NCBI GenBank assembly: GCA_009103225.1
Contig: RHPI01002438.1
Span: forward strand, 750,755-814,754
Direction of reading: 5' to 3'
Source of the DNA: Chlorokybus atmophyticus
Taxonomy: Eukaryota; Plantae; Mesostigma and Chlorokybus algae
Length of the DNA: 64,000 bases
Shown here: positions 39,801 to 52,328 of the stretch, one piece after another
Layout of the letters: every line of letters starts with the position of its first letter
Numbering within the stretch: position 1 is the first letter of the stretch
The notes under the pieces: model-generated
The model's database searches: none
What the model was told of the DNA's origin: nothing
The model's input: the letters and a program-made list of their open reading frames with translations, nothing else
Program-made: the position numbers and the translations under genes

Positions 39801-41003
39801 CAATGACCTCCTTGGCGATGACTTCCGGCCAGCCATCATGGTTGCGCGGATTGGACAGCAGTGGCAAGAACACCTCCTGGCTCAACACCTGCAGCTGCTC
39901 CAGGGCGCCCTCAACCAGCACGCCATGGATGATGCCGCTGCTGTCACCAGTCACCTTGTCGCCGTTTTCATCACCCGCAATACTTGATGACGGTGCTCGT
40001 GGTGTGGTTTTAATGAAATACACCACAGGCGGGTGCTTCCTGCCTCCGCCCTCCAGCACGGGCGGGTGCTTAAAGGCTGCAAGTTCTCCCCCCTTGCCAG
40101 TCTCTGAGAGCATCAACAGCGTGCACTCCGGCTGCTCCAGAAAGTCCGTCAGCGCCGCTCTGTCGCAAAAATACTGTCACTTTGCTACACATGCACTTCT
40201 ATATATCTAACTCACTGAAAAACTTATATAGGATAGTTGTGCCAATTTGACACAGCTATCCTTCATCTGCTCAGCTCCAGTTGTACACAACGTGTGCATG
40301 CAACTGATGTCAATCTAATGTGCGCAACCATGCACACGCCCTGACCAACACGACTGTTAACCCTAACAGATTCAATGCACTGCATTAACCATAACCTATG
40401 TTGTTTGCAGTATCTGGAAAGCTAGGTACTTGCAGGATCTCCCTGTGGTTCATATCAGTGACTCCACTCGCTTGCAATTGTTTATTGATCAGAGTGTTCT
40501 GCCCTATGCGAGGGGCGGACGCACAAGTTGAGCGCAGTCTGTTCAACCCTAACTCGTGCACTCTGCCGCTGTATTTTTTATACTGTCTCTCAGCACTATT
40601 CTTGTGCTGGCTGCTGATCACTGATGAGCTACACGCAATACGCCACTACTGCTAATTGAAGGTTTGTTTTCACTATTACGTCTTGCTATCACAGGAAACG
40701 GTAACATTACAGCTGCACAGTCTACTCGCCACTAAGCGCATGAATTGTTGAGTACAGTACTTACTTTCCATCCTCTGAGGCCTTGAGGCGTGCAAACTTC
40801 TCCTCTTTGCATCTCAAAGAGGTGCAAACCCTAGCCTCAATCCAATCAATGCGTGAATCAACCGCATCCGCTCCCCCTTGCCCGCCACCTCCTCCTCCTG
40901 CTGCTGCTCCGTTTCCGTTGGTTCCAGGAGGCGTGGAAGGGGCCCCGCCCTCCACGCCTCCTCCACCGTCGTCCACGTCATCCTCCACCGCCGCCGCCCC
41001 CAT
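24856..41003 (-). CDS. ODA4: Axonemal outer-arm dynein heavy chain, beta type (Chlamydomonas ODA4 / animal DNAH9-11-17 class), ~4790 aa, 6 exons
   Basis: Exons 41003-40765, 40159-39309, 39185-36655, 36217-35329, 35095-31154 and 30776-24856 sum to 14373 nt in one frame. N-terminal region WTRQIKNVLK...GPLAELEFW; P-loops GPAGTGKT, GPAGCGKS, GGAGTGKT and GVGGSGKQS; CFDEFNRI; YVTPKSFL; stalk and C-terminal domain present. No N-terminal kelch repeats, which argues against the alpha chain. Confidence 0.95.
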
Positions 41004-41501
41004 TGGCGCCACCACACCGCCACTCCTGCTGCTGCAAGCAGCAAGCAGCAAGGCAAAACAAGCCCTAATTCCAAAAGTAGTTACAAAGTCACATGGCCGT
41101 TCGGAAGTTAGTCACTTTATAAAATGACGAACGAGTTGAGCTTCCAGTTTACGGAAGGGCAAGGCAGACAGAAAGAAAGATCTTCGTTTGAGAGGGAATA
41201 ATCTCTCGGCCAGGAAGTCGGAACCTCAAGCAGACGGCTCAAGCAGAAACATGGACAAATTGTTTCATAAAGCCAGTTGCCTTTTGCTGGAGGAAAATAG
41301 GAGGGGAAAAAGCAGCAGTGTGAGTCGCCGGGTCTATCCGGAAAAATCCCCGATCTCGGCCAATAAGAGATCAGTAGTGGGGTCTGGGTTAAGGGCGGCG
41401 GTGTTGGCGGGGAGGTGGTTGTTGGCGTGGTTGCTGTCGTCGTCGTCATCGTCGTCGTCTGGGGCGCTGAGATCGTCGATAGGAGTGTAACAGCTTGCAA
41501 G
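41004..41501. promoter_or_regulatory. Short divergent intergenic region, putative bidirectional promoter
   Basis: Dynein ATG at 41003 (-) and the next gene's ATG at 41502 (+) face away from each other, 498 bp apart. Promoter function is inferred from geometry only. Confidence 0.5.
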
Positions 41502-43696
41502 ATGACGACTGTGGCGTGCGCTGCGAGCGTGGCCGGTGGCGTGGTTGGCAAGCGCCAGCAGGGCGTGGCTACCAGATCCGCCCGGGCGCCCCGGGCGGCC
41601 GCCGGCAGGACCCGGGTGGTGCCTGTGCAATGCCAACAGCAGGAGCAGGAGTCTTCTGCATCAGTGGCTGGACGGGGCTTGCTTTTGTCTGCTCTTGCTG
41701 CCGGCCTGACGCTGGCTTCCACTCCCATGGCTGGGGTAAGCCGGGTCCCCACTTGCGCCCGAGCTTGTTTCTTCTTGCTTTTGATGTGCATCGTGGCTTT
41801 CTTTTGCCGGGAGTTGCCGTTCGAGTTGGCCGGCTGAAGCATGCGCTGAACTGCAGGCATCTACTGCTTACGATCGCTGCCAAACGGACGCGTGCCGTGA
41901 GGTGAGAACGACAGTAGCTGCAACAAGCACATCGTGGCCGCACAGCTTAGCACAGCAGCTCCCTGCCTCAGCATGCTCTATTTTTGTATGCATGCTTGCA
42001 ACTATCGCGCGTCTTGTGGCTGCTCATTTCACACATGTCCTCTGCTGAGGTGTACAGCTGGTGGGCAAGATGGAGGCGGCTCGTAATGCCAACCCACCCC
42101 CAGTAGCTCCCGCTGTTGCTCCTTCTCCAGCTCCAGCTCCAGTTGTCAGCTCAGGACCAGCCAGCTCGGTACAGCCCGCTGTAAGATGGGGACTGGGGTG
42201 CGGTAGTTTCAGTTTGACCTGGCCAGCTGTTGTGTTGTTGCTATGGTGTACACAGCACGTCGTGGTTATGACTGCATCTAAGTAATGCCTGAGCAATGCT
42301 TGTTAACATCAGTGCAGTTTTTTTCGCCCTTTTAGCACAGTATGAGCATCATCATACTGCAAGCTTTGCAAACAGCGTTGTGATGGCTATCTGTTATGCG
42401 GTTGTGCTGGTATTTGCAGTCGGGCTGTGCTTGTGTAGACTTGAATGGTAGCTAACACTCGGAGATTGTTGTCTGCGCAGAGAGCTGATGATGCAGCTGC
42501 GGAGCGAGCACGTGCCAGGGCCGCAGCAGAGCGTGAGCGTGCAGACCGTGAGGCCGAGCGTGCGCGCGATGCTTCCCGCCGTGCGGCAAGCAACAATGCA
42601 TCAGGTGTGTTGCAGAAACTATGCCCAGGTGTTAAATGTGGCTTGTGAGCACCTACAAGTCATGCTTTAGGTGGCGCCCTGGCCTGGATCTTTGGCACTA
42701 CCGTTGGTCTGGCTGCTTTGACTGCCACTGCAACCACGGTGTCCACCGGGTCCTTCTCAGACCTGACCAGCGGCAACTTTAACGGCTGGTACCGCAAGGC
42801 GCTTGACCAGTTGAGGACCAGCAACTCGTCCGTTGTTGTGGGCAGTGTTGGCGCTATTGTTGCTACAGATGCTGTTGTGCACATTGCTCCAATCCTCAAC
42901 CTCCTCATACCCAAAGTGTTGGAGTTGGCTGGCGCAACCATCATTGGTTACTATGGCACCAAGTACCTTGTGAAGAAGGAAGGCTCCCCCAAGGACGACA
43001 TCAACGATATCTACAAGGTCCTGCCGTCATCGCTGCCCCCTGTTGGCCAAGCTGTGGATGCTGTCACAACCACTGCTAAGACTACGTTGAACTTCTTCAA
43101 GGTATGTGACACTAACATTGTCATTCTGTAAGAAAATAACGACCTCAACCATTGTGTGATTGTCAGCATAGCCTTGCATTTGCTGAGCACTGTCATTGGC
43201 TGCTGCATTGCAGTCTATCAACCCAGAGTCTCTCACGGACGATGCTGGCAAGTACTTCAAGTCACTGGACAACCAGGCAGCAGTTATTGCTCTTGCCGCG
43301 GGTATCTTCGTTGGAATCCTGCTGTTGGACAACATCGCACACTTCCCCATCCTTGGCATTGTGCTCCCCAAGGTGAGTGCGTTGCGTATTCATGAATGTG
43401 GCAAACTGAGGGCATGAATACTGATCTTGTCCGGTCCGGTGCAGTATCTCGAGTTGGTGGGCGTGACTGCAACGCTGCTGGCTGCCAACAAGTATGCTTT
43501 GGGCGGCGGCTCCGTGCAGTCAGACGCTGATGGCATTGTGAAGGAGCTTACAAAGGTGCAGGTCCCGGTCCTTTCCAGCCTGGGGTCATCCTCCTCCCTT
43601 CCAAGCTCATCAAGCTCACCTTCCCTGAAGGACAAGCCGAAGGTTGGTGCGAGCACAAAGGCAGCTGTTGAGGCTGAAGTTATGGATGTGGAGTAA
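41502..43696 (+). CDS. Plastid-targeted membrane protein with two tandem CAAD/CURT1-like hairpin domains (436 aa, 6 exons)
   Basis: Exons 41502-41735, 42058-42168, 42481-42604, 42671-43101, 43214-43372 and 43445-43696 are frame-consistent. Arg/Ala-rich transit-peptide-like start, Pro/Ala linker, Ala/Arg/Glu helix and hydrophobic segment precede VVHIAPILNLLIPKVLELAGATIIGYYGTKYL and LDNIAHFPILGIVLPKYLELVGVTATLLAANKY, both resembling the CURT1 motif IPLLPKxLELVGLGY...RYL. Confidence 0.75.
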
Positions 43697-44789
43697 GATG
43701 TAGATGTAGTTTGCATCTGACGCTACTTGTATATCATTTCATGTTTGCCTGATAATCTGACACAGCAGCTCCATGCCCCAGGCCGGTGCTGCAGTTTTGG
43801 CTTTTGATAGGGGTTCTTGTGCATACTGAACTGCAGTTGTGCTGAGACTCGTTGGGATGTTTTGTCCACACTGTAGGTGGTATCTGCACGTGTGTGCTTT
43901 TCGCGCACATTGCATTGGATAGATTTGGGTTGTGTACCAAAAATGCAGAGGGCATTACGCATATGCAGTCTCACAACCACTCACCAACTCGACATGTGTG
44001 GTGTTAAGTATATGCAGCAGATGCAGGCAGTTGATAGTGCTTTCCTCACACATGCGACAATTGTGTGGCGGGTGTGAAAGAAGATGCCCCGCCTACCTGT
44101 CACTCTACCACCCTGCACCCGGATTGTCATCATGTGTCCAGGGTGCTTTAACATACATAATCAAAGTGGACATGCGCACTATCATAGCATGATCAGTATG
44201 CATGCACGCATTCGTCAGCACATACGTATATCTCATAAACTGCCCCACACATGCGTGTCACATAGTGCTACACGTTTTACACACATGGCAGCACACTTCA
44301 GTCCCAATCATGACCACCCACCCACCCAGAGCTTTACTCATGAGAGGGCTTGGCTAGGGCCCTAATGCTAGCTAAGTGCAGCCGAGGTTAAGACAGATGA
44401 TGACAGTGTAAAGCTGTAGCAAGACCGGTTGGTGGTCGGTACCTACAGGCAGAGTGTCTACAGGAAATTGAAGACAATATTGCGTGCATGCAATAGTGCA
44501 GCACATACGTTTGAACATGATGTACAATGCTTGTTAGCCTTGCACGTCAACAGCATACATACTCACCTACTTCACACATGTTCGACCACCGGGCTACCGT
44601 CCTTACCAACTCTACTCCTACCCCACCATGTTAGTCATGCCACCATGCATGTGCAGCCCTTGTTACCTGCACCACAGCTGTGTCAGCGCCCTTCATGTGC
44701 CCACTGCGCGACAATTGGACGACGAGACCACGAGTGGACTTGATGACGAGGATGACCACGACGACAGTGCTCTCGCCGCTGCCCCCCCC

Positions 44790-44942
44790 CATGGAGGGGT
44801 GGTGAAGGTCACCAACAAGGGGCAGGGCGACAAGGATGGCCTTAACAGCATCCTCGAGGAGGCGATATGCGTCCCAGGAGCGCACAGCCTTGTTGAGGCT
44901 CTTGACATCCTTTGCAAGAGTGCGAGCCTTTTCGGTGAGGGC
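44790..44942 (-). repeat. 153-bp apparently identical copy of dynein exon 4 (35366-35518) next to an N
   Basis: catggaggggtggtgaagg...ttttcggtgagggc matches 35366-35518 with no difference I can see; n at 44943. Confidence 0.9.
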
Positions 44943-46299
44943 NCCGCAGTTGTTGTTGTATCTGCCACACAACCGTGAGATTACATGAGTATAGCTGCAC
45001 ACAACCATGCAAACACAACAGTAGGCATAAGGCCATTGTTGCGAGATGGGTATTAAAAGTTCTCTTGCAATGGGATGTATAATGTTTAGTTTATGCAATG
45101 TAGCAATTGCGCATGCAATTATTGAGCACATGGTGCGGATAATGCACATCTCATTTTTTTCAATATCGCTTGCTCCAAGCCGTTGCGCATGGCTGGTATC
45201 ATGCATAATCGCTGTCCGAATAGTCGATGTATAAAGACAGAAAACCTTAATTGTCATGTTGTTTGTCTTCAATGGTTTGCCTACCTCATACAAGTCGTAA
45301 TTAAGCTATTATGATACTGTCATGTTGTCACATGATGTGCAAAAGCTTTTTGTCTATTAATTCATACAATAAGCATGCAATACGTATGATGCAATTGATT
45401 ATACGTAATATAATCTAAACAAGGGAAGTCCGACTTTGTTATCTTTAATTGTATGTGATACCAAATGATTGGTATTACATACGCATAAGGTTTGATCGAT
45501 GAGGATTACGGGTCAGAAGCTTGCATCAGCCATGTTCAATATCTGTTACGTTACGCAAATAGGGGTTTCCACTAGGTCACATCAGCAAAAGGTGCTGATG
45601 GTTGAGGATTGCATACGAATTATGCTACAATTGTAACAATATCGGATGCAATTATTTGGTGTGGAGCTTTGCGGTATGTATCAATGCATGCACATGCAAA
45701 GATCGTCGCAAGATTGCAAGTGACTCACAAGCATATGTAATCATTTCACGTGGTGCTCGAGAAATAAATTGGACTTCATTGCATATGTTAAGTTGGTGTT
45801 GGTTCGTTTATATAGACGCTAATGCTAAGTCAATCACGCACGGATATTTATCTTTGATGATATTCAAGTATACGCATCGATAACCACAAGATATGATTTA
45901 TTTAAATTCATCTTAAAAGCAATCTTTCCTTACGATTCCTGCATTAAGCGATCAAACGTGCCCGGAAACAGATCATACAAATAACTTTTTCTACTAAAAT
46001 AGCGCCCCCATAGGCATAAAGTGGCGGAGTTCAATTAACGTGTTGTGCCTTAAGTGTTTGGTTGTGTTTTTTTAGCTTGGCATAGTGTGCTGCATGATGT
46101 TTTCCTATACTCCAAACATGATTTCATTGTAACATCTATATCGTTTATGCCGTCTGAATTTGTCGTATTTTGCTATTTTGCCCGGCAGATGTCGGTAGTT
46201 GATGATATAAGACAATCACGGGGGTCAGTCTGACATCAATTATGCTTTAAGCGGCGCTAGACTTGTTCAATCTCCACCGTCAGCTTGCTGACAGCAGGT

Positions 46300-48037
46300 A
46301 TGAACAGACCGTCGCAACCTGCGTCAACTGTCGGTGCGAGAGGCCAAGTGTCAGCGGATAATCTCACAGCCAATCCCGGCAGTGGCGCCCTCATAAAAAG
46401 AGCAAAAAGAGTTCCTTGCGCTTTTTGGGCAATGATAGCACCTTCATGTAACTGCAACGCGACTCTTGCCCGATACGGTGCTTATACCAAGGGCAGTCTG
46501 CTCCTTGGTTGTGCTTTAGTGGATGCTGTCGCCGCCCTCAGCAGTGCCATAGTACCCCCTCCCATGTTGACGCTGGATGTGGACGCTCCATCGCCATGGT
46601 CATCGCCCATAGCGTCCCCTTCCATGTTGACTGTGGACGTGGACACCCCATCGCCATGGTCATCCCCGCCCATGCTGCTGCGCCGCTCAACGCTGTCTAG
46701 CTCACCGCTGGGTTACAGGTATGTACGGACGGATGCTGTCTCTCTTCAGCGCATGTATGCTATATTGAGCCCAAAGGACGATCAGCACAAGCAAAGCCAT
46801 CTCATGCTGCTGCACAACCAGATCTTCGTCGTTTCCACGCTCGCAACCAGTCGTCACACCTCCACCCCTTGCACGCTCGCCCACAGCACGCCGCCCGCTA
46901 GTTGGTTCCTTTGAGGAGAGTGTTTTGTCAGGACGCTTGGCTGCTGCAGCATCCGCTAAGAATGTGAGTTGAGCAGCTGACAAATACACAACACTATGCA
47001 TGGATTTGGTTCACCAGCCCTGTTTTTGGCCAGCTAAGCCCTAGCTGCCTGTTAGGCTGTCGATATGTCAGCATTATGGCTGGCATATACTCATGTATGC
47101 TTTGATGTTGTGACCAGCGCATAGATGGCTTCGTTGCGCTGTTGGCTGTGGTTGGCGGCGACATGGCAGTCCCAAGCCGGCGCCTTCCCTTCTCAGCTGT
47201 CAGTACCGACGGACACTTCCCTGCACCCTATTTTGCAAATGTTACTTTAGGTGGAGAGTCTCGCTTTCGCGTGCCTTCAACAGGGCAACTTCAGCTGGTA
47301 ATACTTGCTGCACGACATGAAATTGACTGGCACTGTGTGCAGCTCTTGTACATCAGCAGCTCAGACTGGCTTCAGAGACTGTCAAGTCTCATGTCAAGGC
47401 GCAATGTTTCTACTGCTAGCCAAGTCCGTTCCTCACCCGTGCTGTTGGTTTCAATGCTACAGGTGTTAAACAATCCAGAGAAAACACCCATCCACACATT
47501 CCGCTGCAAGTATGACTTGTCGGACATGCCACGCGGGACCAAGACTTTCCTACGACACAAGACGTTTGCCATATCCCCTACAGGTGCCACTCGTGCATCC
47601 ATGCATTACTAAAAACAGTATGTTACATTGTGTCATGACATGCAAATGTGTGTACTTCAGGAACCCGCACGCTTCGCTACGCCCTGCACCTGCGCTTTGT
47701 TTGTCCTCCTAGCAAGTTGTCCAGAAGACGCAGCGGGAAGATCGCGCGCCGTGCGTCTGTGAGTGGAAACAGCAGCTGCAACATCCCCATCAACGTCATC
47801 GACATTGACAGCAGCACATCACTGAGCACGAGCCTCGATTGCAGTGACATCACGTATGACAGCGATGAGAGCGAAGTGCGGAGTAGTGGCAGCAGTGCTG
47901 AGAGCTCACCCAGAAAGGTGTACATTTATGGAGACCTGAGAGTCATGTTCCCGCAGCATCGCCCAGATCCCTGCTCTGAAGAGCTTGTAATTGAAGTTGA
48001 GGCCCCTAACGAACCCAAGTACTTTGAGTTCTCCTAG
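46300..48037 (+). CDS. ATOS/FAM214-like protein (DUF4210 plus chromosome-segregation domain), 5 exons
   Basis: [15 protein letters not shown]; [14 protein letters not shown]...RRLPFSA...PYFANVTL...[12 protein letters not shown]; [31 protein letters not shown]; [12 protein letters not shown]; [17 protein letters not shown]...PNEPKYFEF*. Start codon uncertain. Confidence 0.85.
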
Positions 48038-49369
48038 CGTGCACATAGCAGCTTAGGGTTTGTTAGGGTGACAGTGTACAGGCAGTTTGCATTGTGTACA
48101 GTTAATGTGATTTGTGTAAATATTTGTTGGATAGCCTCAATGGCTTGTGCTTCTCATACTGTTGAGCGGCTCTTCACGTGTATCATTCCTGAGTGTACTG
48201 GACAGGTACAGGGAATGGCATATATTGATTAGTGGCAATACCGTCTCTGAAGGCAAATGTGCTCTCTTGCGCTGCATTGCATAGATCTCATGTGGTGCGC
48301 TAAGCAGGAAGTCATGACTCGTCACAGGCTCCCCATGCTGTTATACTACAAATGCACATGGGTACTGTACAGATCCAGACATAGATGCACCCATGGAGGA
48401 GCCTGAATGTTTTGTACGCATTGCAGCACAACCAAATTGAATTGGACAGGGTTGGTTGTTGCCATTGCTTGTGACAATATTTGTGTGTTCACAGAGTAGA
48501 TGGGGAAGAGGAGAGGAGGCGGCGAGGGTGTAGGGGAGGGAGGGAGGGGGATGGAGTCCACGTCCTCAGGCTGCTATAGTTGTCGCTACTACTGCTGATT
48601 GGCTGACCATGGCGCATGCATAGGTACTGAATGCATGTGTGACTGACATGGCTAACGGGTGTTAGTATCAGTCTAGGTAGCGAAGTTGGTAGGTGACAGT
48701 AGCCCGGTGGTCAACATGTTGTACAACAAAGGTGTGAGCTGCATGTCGCGAATTTTGCTGCGGACTGCATGTGTGCATGAGCAGTTGTCGCGCATTTTAT
48801 GTACATCAGCTTGCCATGCGGTAAAGAGTGCACGCTTGCTGTGCACCACTGTAAACTGCATTATGTTCTGCTTGTCCCTGAGCAAAGACAATTACTGCAG
48901 TACGCATGTTGGTCAGCCAATGCATGGTACGAGGCAATGGTAACACCTTTAGAAAATACATAGCATGTACAAGTGGTTGGCAAATTCAGCGCCTGTTTTT
49001 CTGAAGTTCTGTGTCTTGGTTGTCCACATGCTTGTGCTTGGTGCACTCCTTTCTCTCCCTCAATTGCATTTTGTGGTTTGCTTTGCTAAGCATGAACATA
49101 CTGTGTACAAAAGATGGTATGCTCGTAGCCCGGCAATGAGAGCTGCTGTCGAGGTGCTTTTGACTGCTTCTCGTGTATACCCTAAATCCGCATGCAGCAC
49201 AGCACTTGCCTTGCCCACAGAAGCTATGCTACCCTGCGAGCAGTGAATGTCGTTCTTCAACAACCCAGCAACTAACCTGCGCAATGCTAGGATTGCCCTG
49301 TGTCACTTGTTCATCATTCCGCTTACTGCCAACAGCAATGTGCACTGTTGATGACTCAATGACTGAAGC

Positions 49370-52203
49370 CTATACTGTTGCTGTTGCTGCCTCGCCCGCA
49401 AGCTGCTCCAGTAGCTCCTGCTGATCCATGGTGATGCAACCCTGCACACAGCACGGGATGCGTCAACCCCATTCCTAATGACGATACAACAGGTATTTGG
49501 GAGCCAATCCATGGAAAGCTGCACCAGCGCAATGCAGAACCTGTCGCAATGATTGTGGCAATGTCACAAACCTGGATGGCTGCCTCAATTTCACCGACAA
49601 GGAACTTGTTGAGGTCGTAGTTGTGCTTGGTGCGATGATCGGACACGCGATTATCCTGCAAGCACAGAAATCAACATCTTACATTCCAGCAAGGTGGTCT
49701 GTCAAACACCTTCAGCACCAGCACACTAAGAGGACTTTACCTTGTAGTTATATGTCCTGATTTTCTCTGACCTACTTCCCGTGCCCACCTGTCAATAGAT
49801 GTGGATATTAGCAAGCAATTGCTAGATGAGAAGCTATTCCAGTGGTGCCAAGGGTACGGGCTGACCTGTGACCTTCGCAATGAGGTCACTTGATCATACT
49901 GCTCTCTTTGCTTAATCTCAAACCTGTAAGCGGGCAAGAGAGCGAGTTGGTTACCGATCGTGTAATATCTCGATGAATGTTGTTAACTCATGACCTACAA
50001 TTTGGCTCGCAGAATCTGCATGGCGCGCTGCTTGTTCTTCAGCTGGGAGCGCTCCTCTGTGCAGAAGACCCTGATGCCTGTGGGCTTATGGACCAAATCC
50101 ACAGCCGTCTCCACCTTGTTGACATTTTGACCTGCAAGGAAAAGACCACGGCCACACATCAACATTAGGTTGGATTCCTGTTGTGTCGGACACCTAGGTC
50201 ACACTCAACGCAAAGGCTTACCACCCGCTCCTCCTGATCGCGTAGTGCTCATTTCAATGTCACTTGGGTCGATGACAACTTGCACTTCATCAACCTGCGG
50301 GAAGGGATGCGGGTATGAGGCTACGCACGCTTTGATGTTCTGCATTCAAGGAGAATAGCAGCGGTCCATTACCTCAGGCATGACTGCGATTGTTGCTGTT
50401 GATGTGTGCACTCGGCCTTGGCTTTCTGTCGCGGGAACTCGTTGCACTCGATGCACGCCAGCCTCATACTTGAGCTTGCTGTACACGCTGTCACCGACAA
50501 CCTCAAGTACAACCTCCTTGTAACCGCCTGACTCTGCCTGCAAGAAGACAACATCTATCTTGCACCAATGGGCACGGCTCACTAACCACCTCTTACAGAC
50601 AATACACACTTACCGTGGATGAGGAGACCATCTTGGCCTTCCATCCTTGCGTGTCTGCATACCTCATGTACATGCGCGCCTGCACGCGTTGCAGCCAATC
50701 ACATTGTGCTTGAGGAGTGAATCCCAGCAAAGTGCAACCCACAAAACTTGTTAACCAGCTGCGCAAAAGCAATGCATACCAAATCGCCAGCCCAGATACC
50801 AGCCTCATCGCCTCCAGTACCAGCTCGTACTGTGCGCCAACATTGCCCCATCAGCTGAATGAACCGCTACACGAGAAGAGGCATTGACATATGCTGAAGA
50901 CCACGACTCACTTTCCAGCATGATGTTCTTGTCATCAAGCGGATCCTTCGGCAGCAGCATTACCTGCGCACCATTCATATTGCATGTCAACGCCTTATTG
51001 TGATGAACAGCACCAGCGGTCATAACAATGTTACACATGATGGAAAGCAATCAAGTGCCAAAGTGAACTACTTCTACATCACTCCTTCTTACCCTCATCT
51101 CCTTCTCGAGCTCCGCAATGCGTGCATTGAGAGTGTCCATCTCCTCCGCGACCATAGCCGCCATCTCGGGGTCACTAGATGCCTCACGCACCAACTCTAC
51201 GGCAACAGATTCGCGGCATGGTGGTCAACCACCAACTCCGAAAGGATGCACTGCAGATTTGCAAACTGTGCAGCGAGACAGACCTTTTGTCTCCTTGAGC
51301 TGTTGTGTGCTGTCCCGGTAAGCAGCATAGCAGTCCACCACCTGCAGGCGTCCCCATATTGATGTCGAAAGCAACACTAACACTCGCTCAACCCTTGTGC
51401 ATGGCACAGATGGTGTATCGATTGACCAGCCTGTCCAAGCAGATTGACGCGCACCTGTTGCAGGTCCGACAAAGACTTTGCCAGCTTCTGGTACTCTGTT
51501 GGGTCTCCAGCAACATCTGGATCCGCTAGCCTCACCTGCACGACGACATAATCTCAACTGACCGCTACTTTATAACCACTACCAGGCATCTGTACGACAT
51601 GAAGCACACAGCACAGCTGCCAGTGTCAACGCACTCAACATCCCACAATGCTGCAAGAGTCTCGCGCAATGCTTACCGACAGCTCTTTGTATGTGCGGTC
51701 AGCAGACTCAAGCTTGTCAATGACGTAACTTTCCTGTGGAAGCCAAATACGACGATCAACTCTGAGTCAAAGTACAACGTACTGTACGTGGACCGTGAAT
51801 CAATCGCCGTTTGAGCATTTGGTTTTGAGCTCGCCTGCTTCTTGCAGCGAACGACTCCAGCAAATGCCAATGCAACCAGTGCACAGGCAGGCGAGCTCAA
51901 CGTTTGTGCAACATCACGCAATTGCACACGCAAGCTTGACCGCGACTGTTCTCTGTGACCCACTGCTGTCCTGCTTACCACCGCCATGCAAGTGCAGCCC
52001 CGTCTCCTCCATGCCTGTGGCCTAATTCTCAGCCTCAACGATGCAAAACCAGAACCCTGCTTGCTGCTTGGCCCCAAACCCAATCGCCGCCTTGCTGATA
52101 CACCTGACGACGAGGACGAAGTGGAGGACGACGACAGCGCCGACCACTCCAAGCCCGCCGCAGCTGTCGCAGGCACGCCCACCCTCAGCGCTACGCCCTG
52201 CAT
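49370..52203 (-). CDS. prfA: Nuclear-encoded plastid peptide chain release factor 1 (APG3-like), ~15 exons
   Basis: Ser/Arg-rich transit peptide ending CMAV, then [26 protein letters not shown]; [32 protein letters not shown]; [28 protein letters not shown] (PxT); [17 protein letters not shown] (GGQ); [19 protein letters not shown]. Confidence 0.95.
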
Positions 52204-52328
52204 TCCTAGACGACGGATGACAGCTTCACCTGGAACACCGCCACAGCCCCCGCCTCCGTCAACCACACCGCCGCCGACAACAACAGCTCAGTCTGCCATG
52301 AGTGCAGCTTGTAGCTGCCAAGGCTGTG
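52204..52328. promoter_or_regulatory. 125-bp head-to-head spacer between prfA and the methyltransferase
   Basis: ATG at 52203 (-) and ATG at 52329 (+); both promoters and 5' UTRs must fit in or overlap this interval. Confidence 0.55.

Noticed and set aside
45100-45200. IACAIATLHKLNIIH on the minus strand, resembling kinase subdomain VIa
   Set aside because: No HRD, DFG or other kinase motif follows; probably chance in AT-rich DNA.
48100-49360. Short ORFs between the ATOS-like gene and prfA
   Set aside because: No consistent exon chain or motif; most simply convergent 3' UTRs and spacer.
49370-52203. prfA as bacterial contamination or recent horizontal transfer
   Set aside because: About 14 spliceosomal introns and a transit peptide identify it as the ordinary nuclear gene for the organellar factor.
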